A stretch of DNA of 62,340 nucleotides, filler included, from Nemertoderma westbladi (Eukaryota; Animalia; Xenacoelomorpha): NCBI GenBank assembly GCA_032718475.1. It is 4 parts of 4 records of this genome, joined end to end, with 100 filler letters (N's around TTAATTAATTAA, not from the genome) between each part and the next. Parts side by side here need not be neighbours in the genome. Positions count along the whole stretch, not along the records: positions 19,095 to 43,484 come from JAUCBJ010004182.1; positions 43,585 to 56,453 come from JAUCBJ010008814.1; 2 more parts are not named here. One strand, given 5' to 3'. Shown here piece after piece: positions 33,820 through 47,100 of this stretch (its first letter is position 1; every line of letters begins with the position of its first letter). The notes beneath the pieces are model-generated. The model did not search any database and was not told where the DNA came from. It saw only the letters and a list, made by a program, of their open reading frames with translations. Both the position numbers and the translations under genes were made by a program.

Positions 33820-35018
33820 ACCACTTTATAGAAGTAAAAGTGTCTGAGTCTGTACTCCCATATTCCCATTGGCGATATCTCCTTTGCAGAAGTGAAGGCT
33901 GCTGCAAAGAGCATTAAGACCAATCGTGCCAGTGGAGTAGATGGTGTTCCCCCTGATGTCTTTAAAATACCTGAGTGTTTAAAGCTCATCTATCCCATCA
34001 TAGTAGACATGTACCGAACAACAAGAGTCCCACAAGAAATGAAAACAAATAAGTTGGTGCCAGTTCCCAAGAAGGGCAACCTAACACTCTATGGTTCTTT
34101 TCGGGGAATCTCATTGATCTCGATTGCTGCAAAGCTATACAATAGGATTCTATTAAATCGCATCAGGGATCCCATTGAGAGACTACTCCGTGGAAATCAG
34201 AATGGGTTCCGTAAAGGTCGTGGGACCATGGAGCCCATTTTGGCACTTAGAAGGATAATTGAAGAATTATCAAAAAAGAAAGACAGGCATCTGGCTGTTA
34301 TCTTTGTTGACTTCTTCAAGGCCTTTGATTCAGTCTCTCGGTCACGTATGTTCAGCATACTTTCATTATATGGGATTCCTGATGAAATTATAGCAGCAAT
34401 CAGATCAGTATACGATGGTTCGACAACATTTGTGTCTACTGTTGACGGTGACGCAGAACCATTTGAAGTGTTATGGGGCGTTCTCCAAGGAGACACACTT
34501 GCACCATTCTTGTTCATTATTGTGGTTGACTATGTTCTAAGCATGTCCTTAGATCATTATAATGATGATGGGGTGATGATAACTCCACCTACTGGCTCCA
34601 GAAGTCGAGGAAATCCTGCCAAGTACCTAACTGATCTAGACTTTGCTGATGACTTAGGAGTACTCTCAGAATCATTAGAGGGAGCCCAACGGCTCCTCAG
34701 CTCATTAGAACATGCTGCTTCTAGTTTTGGTCTTTTTATCCGCCTCCGCTTTGCAGGTCATTGCTTTCGCCTTGAGGACCAGCCAGTGCATAATCTTGTA
34801 CTTTGGCAGCCTCATGGAGTGAATAAGCATGGTGGACAGCCCATGACTTTCTTGAGACGCATCTTAAAGGACACTGGCCTTAAAGATGCGAATGATCTAG
34901 CAAATGTCATGGGTGATAGGGAGTTGTGGTGGTGTAATTTTGTTGACAAGCCGGCACAGCATTCTTAAAAATGCAGCTGCAATGCAGCATGCCGATCCTA
35001 GTAGTAGTAGTAGTAGTA
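33820..35018 (+). mobile_element. RTE-clade LINE, 5' truncated and internally deleted (ORF 33892-34968)
   Basis: RASGVDGVP, PVPKKG, FRGISL, QNGFRKGR, FVDFFKAFDSV, GVLQGDTLAPFLF, DFADD, then a jump to RLRFAGHC; (TAG)n tail at ~34999-35018. Confidence 0.88.
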
Positions 35019-35464
35019 CATCATTGATCGATGACTTTGCGTTAAGCTGCAGTTGTTTTTCCATCGTTTTTCACTCCCACACACTCGACGTCCCATCCTC
35101 GATTGCGATATCTTTGCGCTTTTTTGCAGGAGTACTGCCAAAACCTAAATTAATTAAAACAAAAAAATGTACATAATGCAATAATTCATTTAATATTTAC
35201 TTAATTACATCCATTCATTATTTATTTAATTAATACATTACTATGAATATTATTAATTAATTATAATATAAATAGATTTTATTACAGTATTACACCAAGA
35301 TTTCCACTACAATATTTACATTAATATTAATAATAAATTCGGACCATTAAAATATAAGTAAAGTAAAACGAATCTATTAAAACGTAAGTTCAGGCACGTT
35401 TAAATAATTATAATATTATTGAATAATTAAATAAAACTTAAATTTATACAAGTATAACTACATA

Positions 35465-35753
35465 ATGTGGTCACTACTACAGTATGTGTACCCATGACCG
35501 GGATTTTTTTTGTAGTAGCTATTTTTTGCTACTTTTTTTAAAATTTTCTATGTCATATTAGCTATAGTTTTGTAAAAAAAAAATGTTCTAGAAAAATGTT
35601 CTAGAACAGAAAATATTTGTTCTAGAACATAATTTTTTTTACCTAACAATAGTTAACATGAAATAAAGCAGTTCTTAAAAAAAATTGCAAAAACTAGCTA
35701 TAGTAAAAAAAATATGGTCAATGATGGTACACATACTGTAGTAGTGCCCATAT
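35465..35753. mobile_element. Fold-back MITE (~290 bp)
   Basis: GGTCACTACTACAGTATGTGTACC ... GGTACACATACTGTAGTAGTGCCC inverted ends; the interior is also loosely palindromic. Confidence 0.75.
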
Positions 35754-36510
35754 ACTGTGTAGTGTAGATATGACTGTCATATAAGTCTATCACTACTACT
35801 CTATTATCTATATCACTATTACTAACCTGGATTATTTTTCTTTGGCCGTTCGAATATAATTGCGCAATCACCATCAATTGTCACCGAAAACGTACCGGTA
35901 AATGTTGAAGGAATAGCCGAAAATGCCCTAGTTTGCCGAAATAGAGAATCGGGATCCACCTCCGTATTATCCGCCCACCTATATTGAATTACTGTAGCTG
36001 TAGACCGTGTGACCGAACGGTGCTTAGATCGTGGCTTTTCTAGTTAACATTATTCCATTTTGTATAAAACAAGTGATGTGGTTGGAGAAACGTGCTAGGG
36101 GCTGCTACTAAGCAACAACCAATCGCGTTAATCCTGTTAAACCCTTTCCGGCCTGAATTAATTTAATTTAGGAAAAAAAATTGGTTGGTCTTGTTAATGG
36201 GTTAATTATACACCAAATAATAATTTTCGATGAAAAAATTTTCAAAAAATTATTTCCAATGTTGTTTTTTTTATTGTATACAAAAGTATACGTTAGGTAT
36301 ATGAAACATGTTCCCAATGTATACTTTTGTATACGAACTCTAGATTGTACGTACTTACTTACATACATACATCGTATAGTAAGTACATATTCTATATATA
36401 TATATATAATATAGAGAATATACAAAACATGCAACGAGCAGGCAATTTTAATGAAAAAAATTTAAATTATGTTTTTTCGGAATGAAAAGCTGTCAATACT
36501 TTGAAATTTG

Positions 36511-36682
36511 CCACTCAGCCTTTCATCCACAGGGGTCGATAAAATGTGTACCAGATAAATAACTGGGAGCAAATCTTGGGATAGGAGTAGCGCCCACCCC
36601 TACCCTCGGGTAGCAGCTATCGAAAGAGGAGCCTTCGGGTCGCCTCCGGCTTCGGCCGACTGTTTGCTTTGCTTGCTTGCTT
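36511..36682 (+). mobile_element. SINE 3' portion
   Basis: CTCAGCCTTTCATCC..GGGTCGATAAAATG.GTACCAG resembles a central domain I recall from several animal SINE families; GC-rich hairpins then a (TTGC)n tail. Confidence 0.5.
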
Positions 36683-36864
36683 GTGTGTTTTCACAACACA
36701 CGTTGTTTAAAAGCAACACAGAGCGACAAAAAAAACTTAAAATGAAGAATTATACAGTGAATGTTTTTTCTGTCAGTTTTGTTCAAATTTGAAAAAAACA
36801 GTTTCGACTAACTTTTTTCAACTGTTTGTATGTCTATCTGCCCTGCCTGTTTACTGTGGGTGTA

Positions 36865-37856
36865 CAACATCTACTCCCCAACGGTGGCTGCACCACATCT
36901 AATCCCCAATGGTGGCTGAATCATATCTACTCCCATGGCCCAATGGTTAACATCTACTCCATATGGTGGCTACACCACATCTACTCCCCAATGGTCAACA
37001 TTTGCTCCATATGGTGGCTACACCACATCTACTCATCAATGCTCAGCATCTACTCCACTATGGTGGCTGCACCACATCTACTCATCAATGGTCAACATCT
37101 ACTCCCCAATGGTGGCTGCACCACATCTACTCATCAATGGTGGCTGCACCACATCTACTCCCCAACGGTGGCTGAATCACATCTACTACCAAGGCCCAAC
37201 GGTTAACATCTACTCCACTATGGTGGCTGCACCACATCTACTCATCAATGGTCAGCATCTACTCCCTAATGGTGGCTGCACCAAATCTACTCATCAATGG
37301 TGGCTGCACCACATCTACTCCCCAATGGTGGCTGCACCACATCTACTCATCAATGGTGGCTGCACCACATCTACTCCCAAATGATGGGTGCGTCAGATTT
37401 ACTCCCCAATGGTGGCTGCACCACATCTACTCCCCAATGGTGGGTGCGCCAGATTTACTCTCCAATGTTGGCTGCACCATATCTACACCCCTACGGTGGT
37501 GGATGTACCACATCTACTCCCCAATAGTGGCTGCATCACATCTACTCCCAAGGCCCAATGGTCAACATCTACACCCCTATGGTGGCTACGCCACATCTAC
37601 TCCCCAATGGAGGCTGTTCCACATCTACTCTCCAATGGCGACTGCACCACATCTATCCACAATGGTGGCTGCATCACCTCTACTATCCTATGGTCAACAT
37701 CTACTCCCCATGGTGGCTGCACCACATCTAGGCCTACACACACCCCAATGGTGGAAGCACCACATCACACAAACGGTGGCTGAATCACATCTACTCCCCA
37801 ACGGTGCTGCACCACATCTACTCCACAACTGTGGCTGCACCACTTCTACTCCCCAA
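36865..37856. repeat. Degenerate minisatellite, ~28-bp core
   Basis: GGTGGCTGCACCACATCTACTCCCCAAT and variants in tandem. Confidence 0.92.
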
Positions 37857-39370
37857 CTTTATAAACCTAACGTAGACAAATGTATACAGTGGTTTATCAA
37901 TAACACTACCAGCCTACCTGTACTGTAAAGTTTATCCTGGAAGTATTATTATCTCATTGAACAATCCATCTTTGGAATACCCAATCAAAATTCTCAATAT
38001 CGCTTTGCCAAAGCATTTAAATAACCATCTTTCCAATGCCAGGTAGTCATCATGTCAATACCTGAAAACACGGCATCTAAAATCGTTTATTGAATCCTTC
38101 TACTACAGTTATCCAATCAGAATCGGTAATTTATAAGTAAAGGAAGTGTGATAGTGCCTCAATTGGATGAAACCAACTATAATTAGTTAAAATTATGGAA
38201 TTCGTAGTGAAATAAAGTCAGTGTATACAAAAATATACAGTCGGCCGGAAAGGGTTAACATACATGGAATACACGTTCGTGGGGACTTCGCGCAGCACGA
38301 GGCCTAGTTATTATATACAAATTAAAATGCAGCGACTGTATCACAAAATCAGGTTTTGAGAAATTTACCCACACCACCAATCAATCAAAGAAAGGTGGAC
38401 AGTACGTGTTCACCCCTTTTAATCTCCCCCCCCCCCCCCACCCTTCCCAACCACCAATACATAACCGCGACATCTACCACCCACGGAAGGGTAGCACGAA
38501 CTTATTTCCAATCGCACGTTAAATATGCAAAGCCAGGTGGTTTATAGGAATATAATAAACGCAGTACTCGTTTTCATTATAAGCCTCTTTGCGTTCGTCC
38601 TGTTTTGTATTTAAATATATTTCTTAAACGCAAGCTAGGACGATCTTTATAATAATAATAACTAGGGATGCGATCAATATGTGAAGCCAGGTGGTTTATA
38701 TAATAATTTAGTCAACGCAGTACTCGTCTTCATTATATGCCTCGTTGCGCTCGTCGCTTGTCCTGTTTTGTCATAAAATATTTTTCCTAAACGCAGACTG
38801 ACGATCTTTATACAGTTATAACTATGCGAAGTTTCGAAACTGTGCGAGTAACTGTTGATACATCTATGTGGAGATGTGTGATACAACGCCAACGCATCTT
38901 ATGCCGATGTAGTAATATGGGTATTGAAATAATATATTAAATCAATGTACACTCTTAAAGCTGCAGCGAAAAAATGTAGCTAATTTCCTAGGTTACATAT
39001 AAAATAATAATATTATTTTTAAGAACATTAATTTTACTACTTTGCAAAAATTCAATTAAAAAATAACCAGACATATACATTGTGGAATAAACTATTTCAG
39101 AAGCCTACAACAGCCATGCCATGGATTGTATTTATGTTATTATATCTGTCATTTAACTGAGATAGCAATAGTAGTAATAGTCGAACGGTTATGCGGCCCG
39201 TCCAGCCTATAATAAACACAATTCAGTGATTGGGCTGGAATAGCAATACTGGTTGCCTCTATTACAATTCCTCTCAGGTTAGTCTACAGCCACAACTCCC
39301 AGCAGCTAGCTCCACACCAGCAGAGACTTGACCAATAATGGGAAGGATTAAATTTGTACTCAATAATTGT

Positions 39371-40480
39371 GCGGTTTAATTACGTTTAGATCAATTAAAG
39401 ACACATTTATTAAAGCAAATCACTTAAACTAATTAAAAACTATAATAGAATGGCGTATGGGGATTATATCTGTATAATTTTTAAGTATAATTATTTAAAT
39501 CTTATACTGTAAAACAATTAATTTCCTTTAAAAGGCAGGTTGAAAATGGCGTTTTCACCGCAATCAACTTAATTAACTAATTAACTGCTATTATCTTAGC
39601 TTCTCGAAGGCCACACGGAAATTCTACTTGGAAAATTTCTAAACTTTTGCCAAAAAACATGTGTACCAAGTTTGGATAGATTTCATCAAAGATTGGCCGA
39701 GTTATTAACGTTTAAAATTGAACACGACAGAACGACAGAACGACAGAACGACAGAACGACAGGTTGATTAATGGTACCACTACGCTAAGGCTCACTCACT
39801 TCGTGGCTCGCCCCACACAGACTCTATAGTGTAATAGGAGGTAGGGAATGCAGGTTTCAATCTCGTTAGGTCTAGCTGGCAGCCGTGTGGCTAGTTACAT
39901 ACAACCCCCCTCCACTGGCATTCCCAGCAACTGGCTCCCTTACACACACATCCCCCATCTATGTACCAGCCAACTTGCAAGTTGGCCAATAAATGATCAG
40001 TATTTAATGAGAATCCATTTTTTATGCCGTTTTAATTACTTTAGATCAATTAAAGACACAATTATTAAAGCAAATCACTTGAACTAATTAAAAACTATAA
40101 TAGAATGGCGTATGTGGATTACATCTGTATAATTTTTAATTATAATTATTTAAATCTTATACTGTAAAACAATTAATTTCCTTTAAAAGGCAGGTTGAAA
40201 ATTGTGTTTTCACCGTAATCAACTTAATTAACTAATTAACTGCTATTATCTTAGCTTCTCGAAGGCCACACGGAAATTCTACTTGGAAAATTTCTAAACT
40301 TTTGCCAAACAACATGTGTACCAAGTTTGGATAGATTTCATCAAAGATTGGCTGAGTTATTAACGTTTAAAATTGAACACGACAGAACGACAGAACGACA
40401 GAACGACAGAACGACAGAACGACAGGTTGATTAATGGTACCACTACGCTAAGGCTCACTCACTTCGTGGCTCGCCCCACA
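39371..40480. mobile_element. Two near-identical ~450-bp units (39371-39817, 40026-40480), DINE-1/Helentron-like non-autonomous repeat
   Basis: Each has TGTACCAAGTTTGG, an (ACGACAGA)n microsatellite and a GC-rich 3' end; the duplication is clear, the family call is inferred from this layout. Confidence 0.55.
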
Positions 40481-42020
40481 GTATTGTCAACTTCAAAAAG
40501 TTCAGGTTACCATTATTCCAAAGTAATCAGATATTACAGTAGTTAAGCTGCTAGTGTTGTTAGTCAGTTAGTATTCGAGTAAGCCATAGAATATTATATG
40601 GTACAATACCATAATATATGCAAGAAAAAACAAAACCGTATGTAGTATAAGTGGATTAGTTTAATTACAATTTGTAAACTGTAAATGAAATATTTATAGT
40701 TAAGTCTATGGTTTAGTAATAAACATACTGTAACTGTACTTATACAATATCTCATTGAAGTACTTGCCACCCACGTAGTAATATTCAATGTGGGCAAATA
40801 CAGGTCTGACATCAGTTCATCAACCCGAAACTCGTGTTGCGTTTTATTCACACAACTTTTATGATACCAACCACTTCGTGCAAACGGGGTGGAAATGCTA
40901 TGCCGTAATGCCGACAACTGACAACCAACGCCGACAACCATTATTAAAGCTAATTAATGTTATTTATTAATTGAGGGAAAGGAACAGGTTACAGTGGAAG
41001 GTTAGTCTAACCAAAACAATAAACGAGAATTACGAACTCAGGTTACATTTTCATATTTGCAGTTGTCTGGTGGTTGACGGTTGTCGGCGTAGTGTTTACA
41101 CCCTTGCAAACGCTACATGATATCCATTCAATTGGTCCAAGGTCTGTCTGTAGCATTCCCGACACGCGAGTAGCAAAAATAAGTGCTGGCAGGCTGGACA
41201 GCGTGGAAATGGTTTAGTTTCGCTGTCGGTTCTCCTTTTATCAATTTTTTGTTTGTATCTCGATTACACAGAGGTTGTTGTGTACTTATTATCGCATAAA
41301 TTACATTCCACTACTTTTTTAATCGTCCCATTACTGCTCCCATACTGCCATGTAACTACTGTACCATGAGAAAGAATAAGGCCCCTTTAAGGCTTTAAAG
41401 TATTGAATTAACAAAACCTGCTATTAGGTATGGCTATTCGATTATTGTTGCTTCAATTACCACTGTACCTAGTGTTCTGCCTGACGCCTGACTGCTTTCG
41501 GTATAACTTGTAGGCCTATAATGAAACAGACAAGGCCAGCAAGGGTAGGGGGTCGGGCCTAATAGAATAGTGAATACTACCGTGGCTGAATGCGGCCAAA
41601 AAGCATTTATCGTCATTTCAGAAAAGAATGTATATAATTTCATTTTGATTCCAGCCATAAAACATTTACGGTAATTTCAAAATAAATAAACATATATATT
41701 TCATTTCAAAAAAAATTTATGCATATAATTTCATTGCAGAAAATGTATTTATTTTCATTTTAGAGCATTTAAAAAATATAATTAATTTCATTTAAAAAAC
41801 AAGAGAAGACAAGACAAGAGTGTCAATTTCATTTCCTTTTCATTTGTTCGTTGTATTAATAAACTTCATACAATGGCGACATGTAATTTAAATGAAAAGA
41901 AAAATAATACAAAAAATAAAAAAAAAATATAAAATATAAAAAAAAATACAGATACTGAGATATGGAATAATGGTAACCTGAACTTTTTCATGTTAGCAAT
42001 ATTCCATTCTCATTGACTCT

Positions 42021-42649
42021 GTGTTAAACAGGATTAACGCGATTGGTTGCTGCTTAGTAGCAGCTTTCTCCAACCACATTACTTGTTTTATACAAAATGG
42101 AATAATGTTAACTTGAAAAGCCATGATCTAAGCACCAGTTGTGACTAACGGTTCTGAATCACGCAAACTAGAAGAATGTTCCACTTCTATATTCTCATCT
42201 CCGGTAAATGTTCCAAACTTTACAGTTAATTGCGAAACAATTCTAGAATAGCTTACGTTATTATAATGTCGGTAAACTGTGCGGCGTACGACAACACATT
42301 CGTTCTCTGGGATAATATTCTCACGCAGCCATTTGTTGACATTTTGTTTGTTATAGTAACAATTCCCATTACTATCAGTAAGATAACATATGGCATCACA
42401 GGACCATCGTCGGCTGGTTGACTGGGTCATTCATAAATAGATATATGAATGGGTGCTGGTTCCAGCGTACTTCCAATGCCATTTATCATGACAACTCAAA
42501 TTCCCAAACGCAACATGTTCTAAATTCGTTGTCGGATAGTTGCCAACAGTATTTCCTGATAGTTGCTCCGGACTACCACCACTTGGACTTGAGTTGCAAA
42601 TAAAGTTTATTAATTTCTTGGTACTTCGGCTACCGGTACCCTCGGCCAA
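42021..42649 (-). pseudogene. Degenerate coding remnant, possibly DNA-transposon derived, with an inverted paralogue at ~35810-36140
   Basis: ORFs 42649-42431 and 42430-42128 are in frame across one stop; ~42021-42137 is a close reverse complement of ~36018-36140. Confidence 0.35.
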
Positions 42650-43484
42650 TGCTGCATTGATAACCGGTACGAAAATACTACTGCACTACTATCTATACTG
42701 CTATAAAGCCAGTGACCTGATACCGGTAGCCTTACCTGCCTACTTGCTGACTGGTAACAGCAGTATAGCATAGCACAGTCTGACAGTGTTTTATGAGAAG
42801 AATGTAATTTTAATTTAATGGAATCTTATACACTATTTAATTTACAATGTACGAAATGACCATATTAATTTCAATGTTTAATTTCACTTGTCTGCATGGC
42901 TGCTTGTTTTTTTAGATTATCTTTCGTTTGGCGGTCCAGTTCGCCATGCTTTCGATCCAGTTCGGTCCAGTTCGCCACTCTTTCGATCCACTTCGATTCA
43001 GTTCGGTCCAGATTCGTGTACAGTACTATCCAAATTAATCCCAAAACACCCAAAATAACTTAAAAAAAGCCATGATGGCTTCCTACCTTATCCTATACTG
43101 ATACTTGTGGTCAATGATAAGGAGGTCATCAGAGAGGGAATGTATATACAGTATATATAGGTGGTATATATCCAAAATAACGGATAGTTTATTTATGTAA
43201 ATCACATGATAGCATCACTGGAGCCAGGAGGAACGAACAAAAATCCCATCTTGGCAATCTAGTATCTTGTCTCAATGCTTAATTACCATTTATGGGAAAG
43301 GAGCATGTTACAGTGGCACAATATTGTAATCAAAACAAAGAATGAAAGTTAATTGAACAGGATACATTTATATTTTTAAGAATAATCAACTGTTATTTGC
43401 ATTGATTTTCCCCTGGAGAGAAATTATGAAATTGTTTTTTTTTGTTAAATGAACGGTTAAATGAAACCTATGAAAACTGTTCAT

Positions 43485-43584
43485 NNNNNNNNNNNNNNNN
43501 NNNNNNNNNNNNNNNNNNNNNNNNNNNNTTAATTAATTAANNNNNNNNNNNNNNNNNNNNNNNNNNNNNNNNNNNNNNNNNNNN
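43485..43584. other. Artificial gap/linker
   Basis: 44 N + TTAATTAATTAA + 44 N. Confidence 0.95.
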
Positions 43585-44037
43585 TATTTTAAATTTTCTA
43601 CTGTTTAAATGTTTGGTGCAAAATAACACATATATTATTAAATTTTCTAATGTTTAACTATTTGGTGCAAATTAACCCACTATTATCAAGTTCCTCAAGC
43701 CACTCACTCACCCGCAATTAACTACCTACTGTATAAATTATGTTTACTTAGTTATTTTTAGCATCTACTGTAAAGGTGCAACATACCGTACACACGGTAC
43801 ACGTATGCAGCCTGCTGACCGGCAGTCAGTGCTTAGGCAGTAGCGTCGTAGCCCCACCACAACTACGCAACTGCGCTACCGGTACTCATAATGTTTAACT
43901 GTTTTAATTAGGCCCCTAATATTTCAATGTAAATTTCCCGTTATTTACTGTAAATGCTGCTTGGTAGGTACCCTAAACTTTTAAATTGAGAACTAATTTT
44001 AAATTTAATTACATTTTAACGTTATTTTATTTGAATA

Positions 44038-44079
44038 TACCGCTGAAGACGCCCGGTAGGGTGAAATGGCCATACGGTA
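44038..44079 (+). ncRNA. Minimal type I hammerhead ribozyme in the 5' pseudo-LTR
   Basis: TACCG-CTGAAGA-C-GCCC(GGTA)GGGT-GAAA-TGGCCA-TA-CGGTA: stem I TACCG/CGGTA, core, stem II, palindromic stem III. Confidence 0.8.
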
Positions 44080-44150
44080 AATAATTAACTTCATTTTTTA
44101 TATATCCACGTGGTGAAAGACCCTTCCTTGCCTTTATTAATCCTGTAATT

Positions 44151-47100
44151 ATGAATACGCCACGTAAAACGTCGTTCCGGTTAATCCAAAACCTAAGTTT
44201 AACACCAAGGGCAGCAAACGACGTTCGGATGTGTCTTAAAATTAGGATCCACCAAGCACGCACTAAATACCAAATCCAATACTTTAAATCCGCCAGGGAA
44301 TCCAACTTCCCGCCTTCGTTCATTGTTCCTAGAATCAGCCAGATCCTGAAGTTCTACCCTTCGCTCTACAACGGTCTACTCGCACGAGTATTTAGAACTG
44401 AGATCAGCGATAGATTTAGTAGACTACGCAAACTGAAACGCGAATTCAAATACCACCTTAACAGAGTACAAGCGAGCGCACGGTACAACACTGATAGCAT
44501 CAACTTCTTAAATTACTGGCTACCGGTAGTAGAGGACAGAGAAATCGACGTAACGTGTTACCGTCTAGATTACAAATACAGTTTCGACTGCGGCTACGAG
44601 ACAATGGACAACATCCTGCGCCCTCCAAGCCACCCGGATACCAATCGACGGTTCAATGTTAAAGATATCGCTCCCGAAGACGCCCAAGCTACCAACCCCT
44701 TTCCCCAAGCGCAAGCACCAGTCACCAATCTTTCGAGTATCACATTAGACAAAGACCAGCACGACTTACTAGGACTCGGTTTTACCTTTATTCCCAACAG
44801 AGGTATAACGAACACCGACCGTTTCGATAGCCACGTCGACATGGCCATCGCAGCGACCAAACTCCGCAATCGGTGTCGGAGATTAGCGGACCACATTCCC
44901 CCACCCACCAACGGCAACCACGGATCGTACCCGACCATTCTAACCCCCACCCACCGACCGATCCTCCCGCCAACGGATACGTTTGCCGGCGCGTTACCAG
45001 GGCAACCACCAAATTCCGCCATTAATAAACCGAGCACCCGTAAGTCGGCACAACGCTGTTTGTTTCCGGCACTAAACACCGAACAAACATCCGATGTGGA
45101 GCCAGCACCGCCGATGGCCCCAACACACACATACATACCAACTACCCCACTCAATGACCCCCACAACCTGCCGTCCCACCCACCACCGTCGCGAGGCCCA
45201 TGCACGCTCCTAGACACGCCATCATCGCGAACACGTTCGAAAACGCGAACACCGACAACACGCACCCTACCACGAGTGACGAAGCTAAATACGATTACCG
45301 AACAACCCAATATCGACCCGGAACCACCCGACCCCCCATTCTACCGCCACGCGAGATACGTCGCCCCCCGCGCCGACGACCCTGGCATAGAATCACTTAT
45401 ATACGACCTACACAAAACAACCAACTCAATTAATCTACAGCGGTACAACAACCAACACCCCCCTAACTTAAATAAATCCCAACTCACTGCTCTCCAATCT
45501 CTTAAGAAAATTAAAGATGTCTCCTTCCTCAAAGGAGATAAAACCGGTAACATTATTCTATTAGATACCGCCGATAAACACTTTGAAATCCTAAGGATCC
45601 TCAACGACACTACAACCTACGAACAACTAACTAAAGATCCAACTGCCCGCTTCCGTGTCAAATGTCGAGCTCTACTACGTGAACTGTCGTTACGCAACCC
45701 CGAACTCCAAACGCACCTATTTCCCAATACTTTTACCACAGGCCACATTTTTATCTCCCTCAAGGATCACAAACCCAAAGAGGAATGGATCCAACACCCA
45801 AACGGTAAACTAATCCCTAAAGGCCGACCAATTATATCCAATACTGACGCCTTTTTCTCACCACTTTCTAAACTGATGCATTTCTACTTACACCCTTTAG
45901 TCACTAATTCGTCCAACTATCTCTGTAGTTCATTACATTTAAAACACACAATGCCTACCCACCTTAATAACTCATCATGTACTCTCATCGCTGTAGATGT
46001 AGTCGATATGTTTACTAGTATTCCACACGAGCTCGGGTTACAAGCCACTATGCAAACACTCACCGAAGACCCATCCCTGCCACACCGGTCTATATTCACG
46101 CCATATCAGTTATGTCTTATACTAAGATTTCTACTGTACCATAACTTTTTTAGGTATAGTGACAAATTTTACCTCCAAATCTCTGGTGCGCCCATGGGAG
46201 GCTCACATAGCGGTGATTATGCCGTTATAGCCTCATGTAGAGTCCTCAAGCGAGCCCTAAATACCACCCTTTACTCAGCCCAGTATTTTAAAACACTCGT
46301 CGACGACAGTATTGTTGAATTCGATAGGGAACTCAACACCAATGAGTTAAGTGGTTTGAAAACGTCACTCAACCAAGCCTGCCTCGAACTATACAACACG
46401 AACTCAATACAATTCACCATAGAACATTCCTACTCCACCTTAAACTACCTCGACCTCACAATATACCGCCAAGATGACAAACTACTTACCCACCTATATA
46501 AGAAGCCCATGTCCAATAAACTACCCATCCTCTACGCTAGTTTTCACCATAAACCCACCCTACTCGCAGTTGTTAAAGCTGAAATCCTCCGTTACCGCAG
46601 ACTTACTGACTCAGATAACCTTTTTAATGTCACCCGCCATAATTACTTGGAACTATGCAAACTTAGAGGATACCCACTCAACTTCTTACTATCAATGTAT
46701 CTATGGAAACCAGCCAAACAGTTACCCACCACCTACACCACTATACAGCAAACTTACCCTCCCCCCATCTACATACCCACAACTCCTTATTTTTTAACAT
46801 CCATGTCCAAAACCATCGCCCGGCATCAAAATCACCTCAGTAACATAGGTATTGCCATTAAACCCGTCCCACGCAACCTCCCAAACCTTGGACAAATGCT
46901 TATACGTAAACTAGACCCACTTATCCCGGTAGGTAATCACCAATGTCGCGCACCCCGTTGCTTATGCTGTCTAGCAATTACAAACCCTCGTAAAACACAC
47001 TGGAACGAATCCATTTACGGCCGCTTTAACTGCAAATCCCACAATGTGCTCTACATTATATCCTGTAGAACTCATCCGAGTGATTTCTACATCGGCCAGA

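Larger units (their letters stand above)
36142..38254. mobile_element. Non-autonomous piggyBac-type element containing a SINE fragment and a minisatellite
   Basis: 12-bp TIRs CCCTTTCCGGCC / GGCCGGAAAGGG; right flank TTAA, left flank GTTAAA. Confidence 0.75.

Noticed and set aside
36826-37928. WWLHHIY-repeat ORFs
   Set aside because: Minisatellite translations open in several frames.
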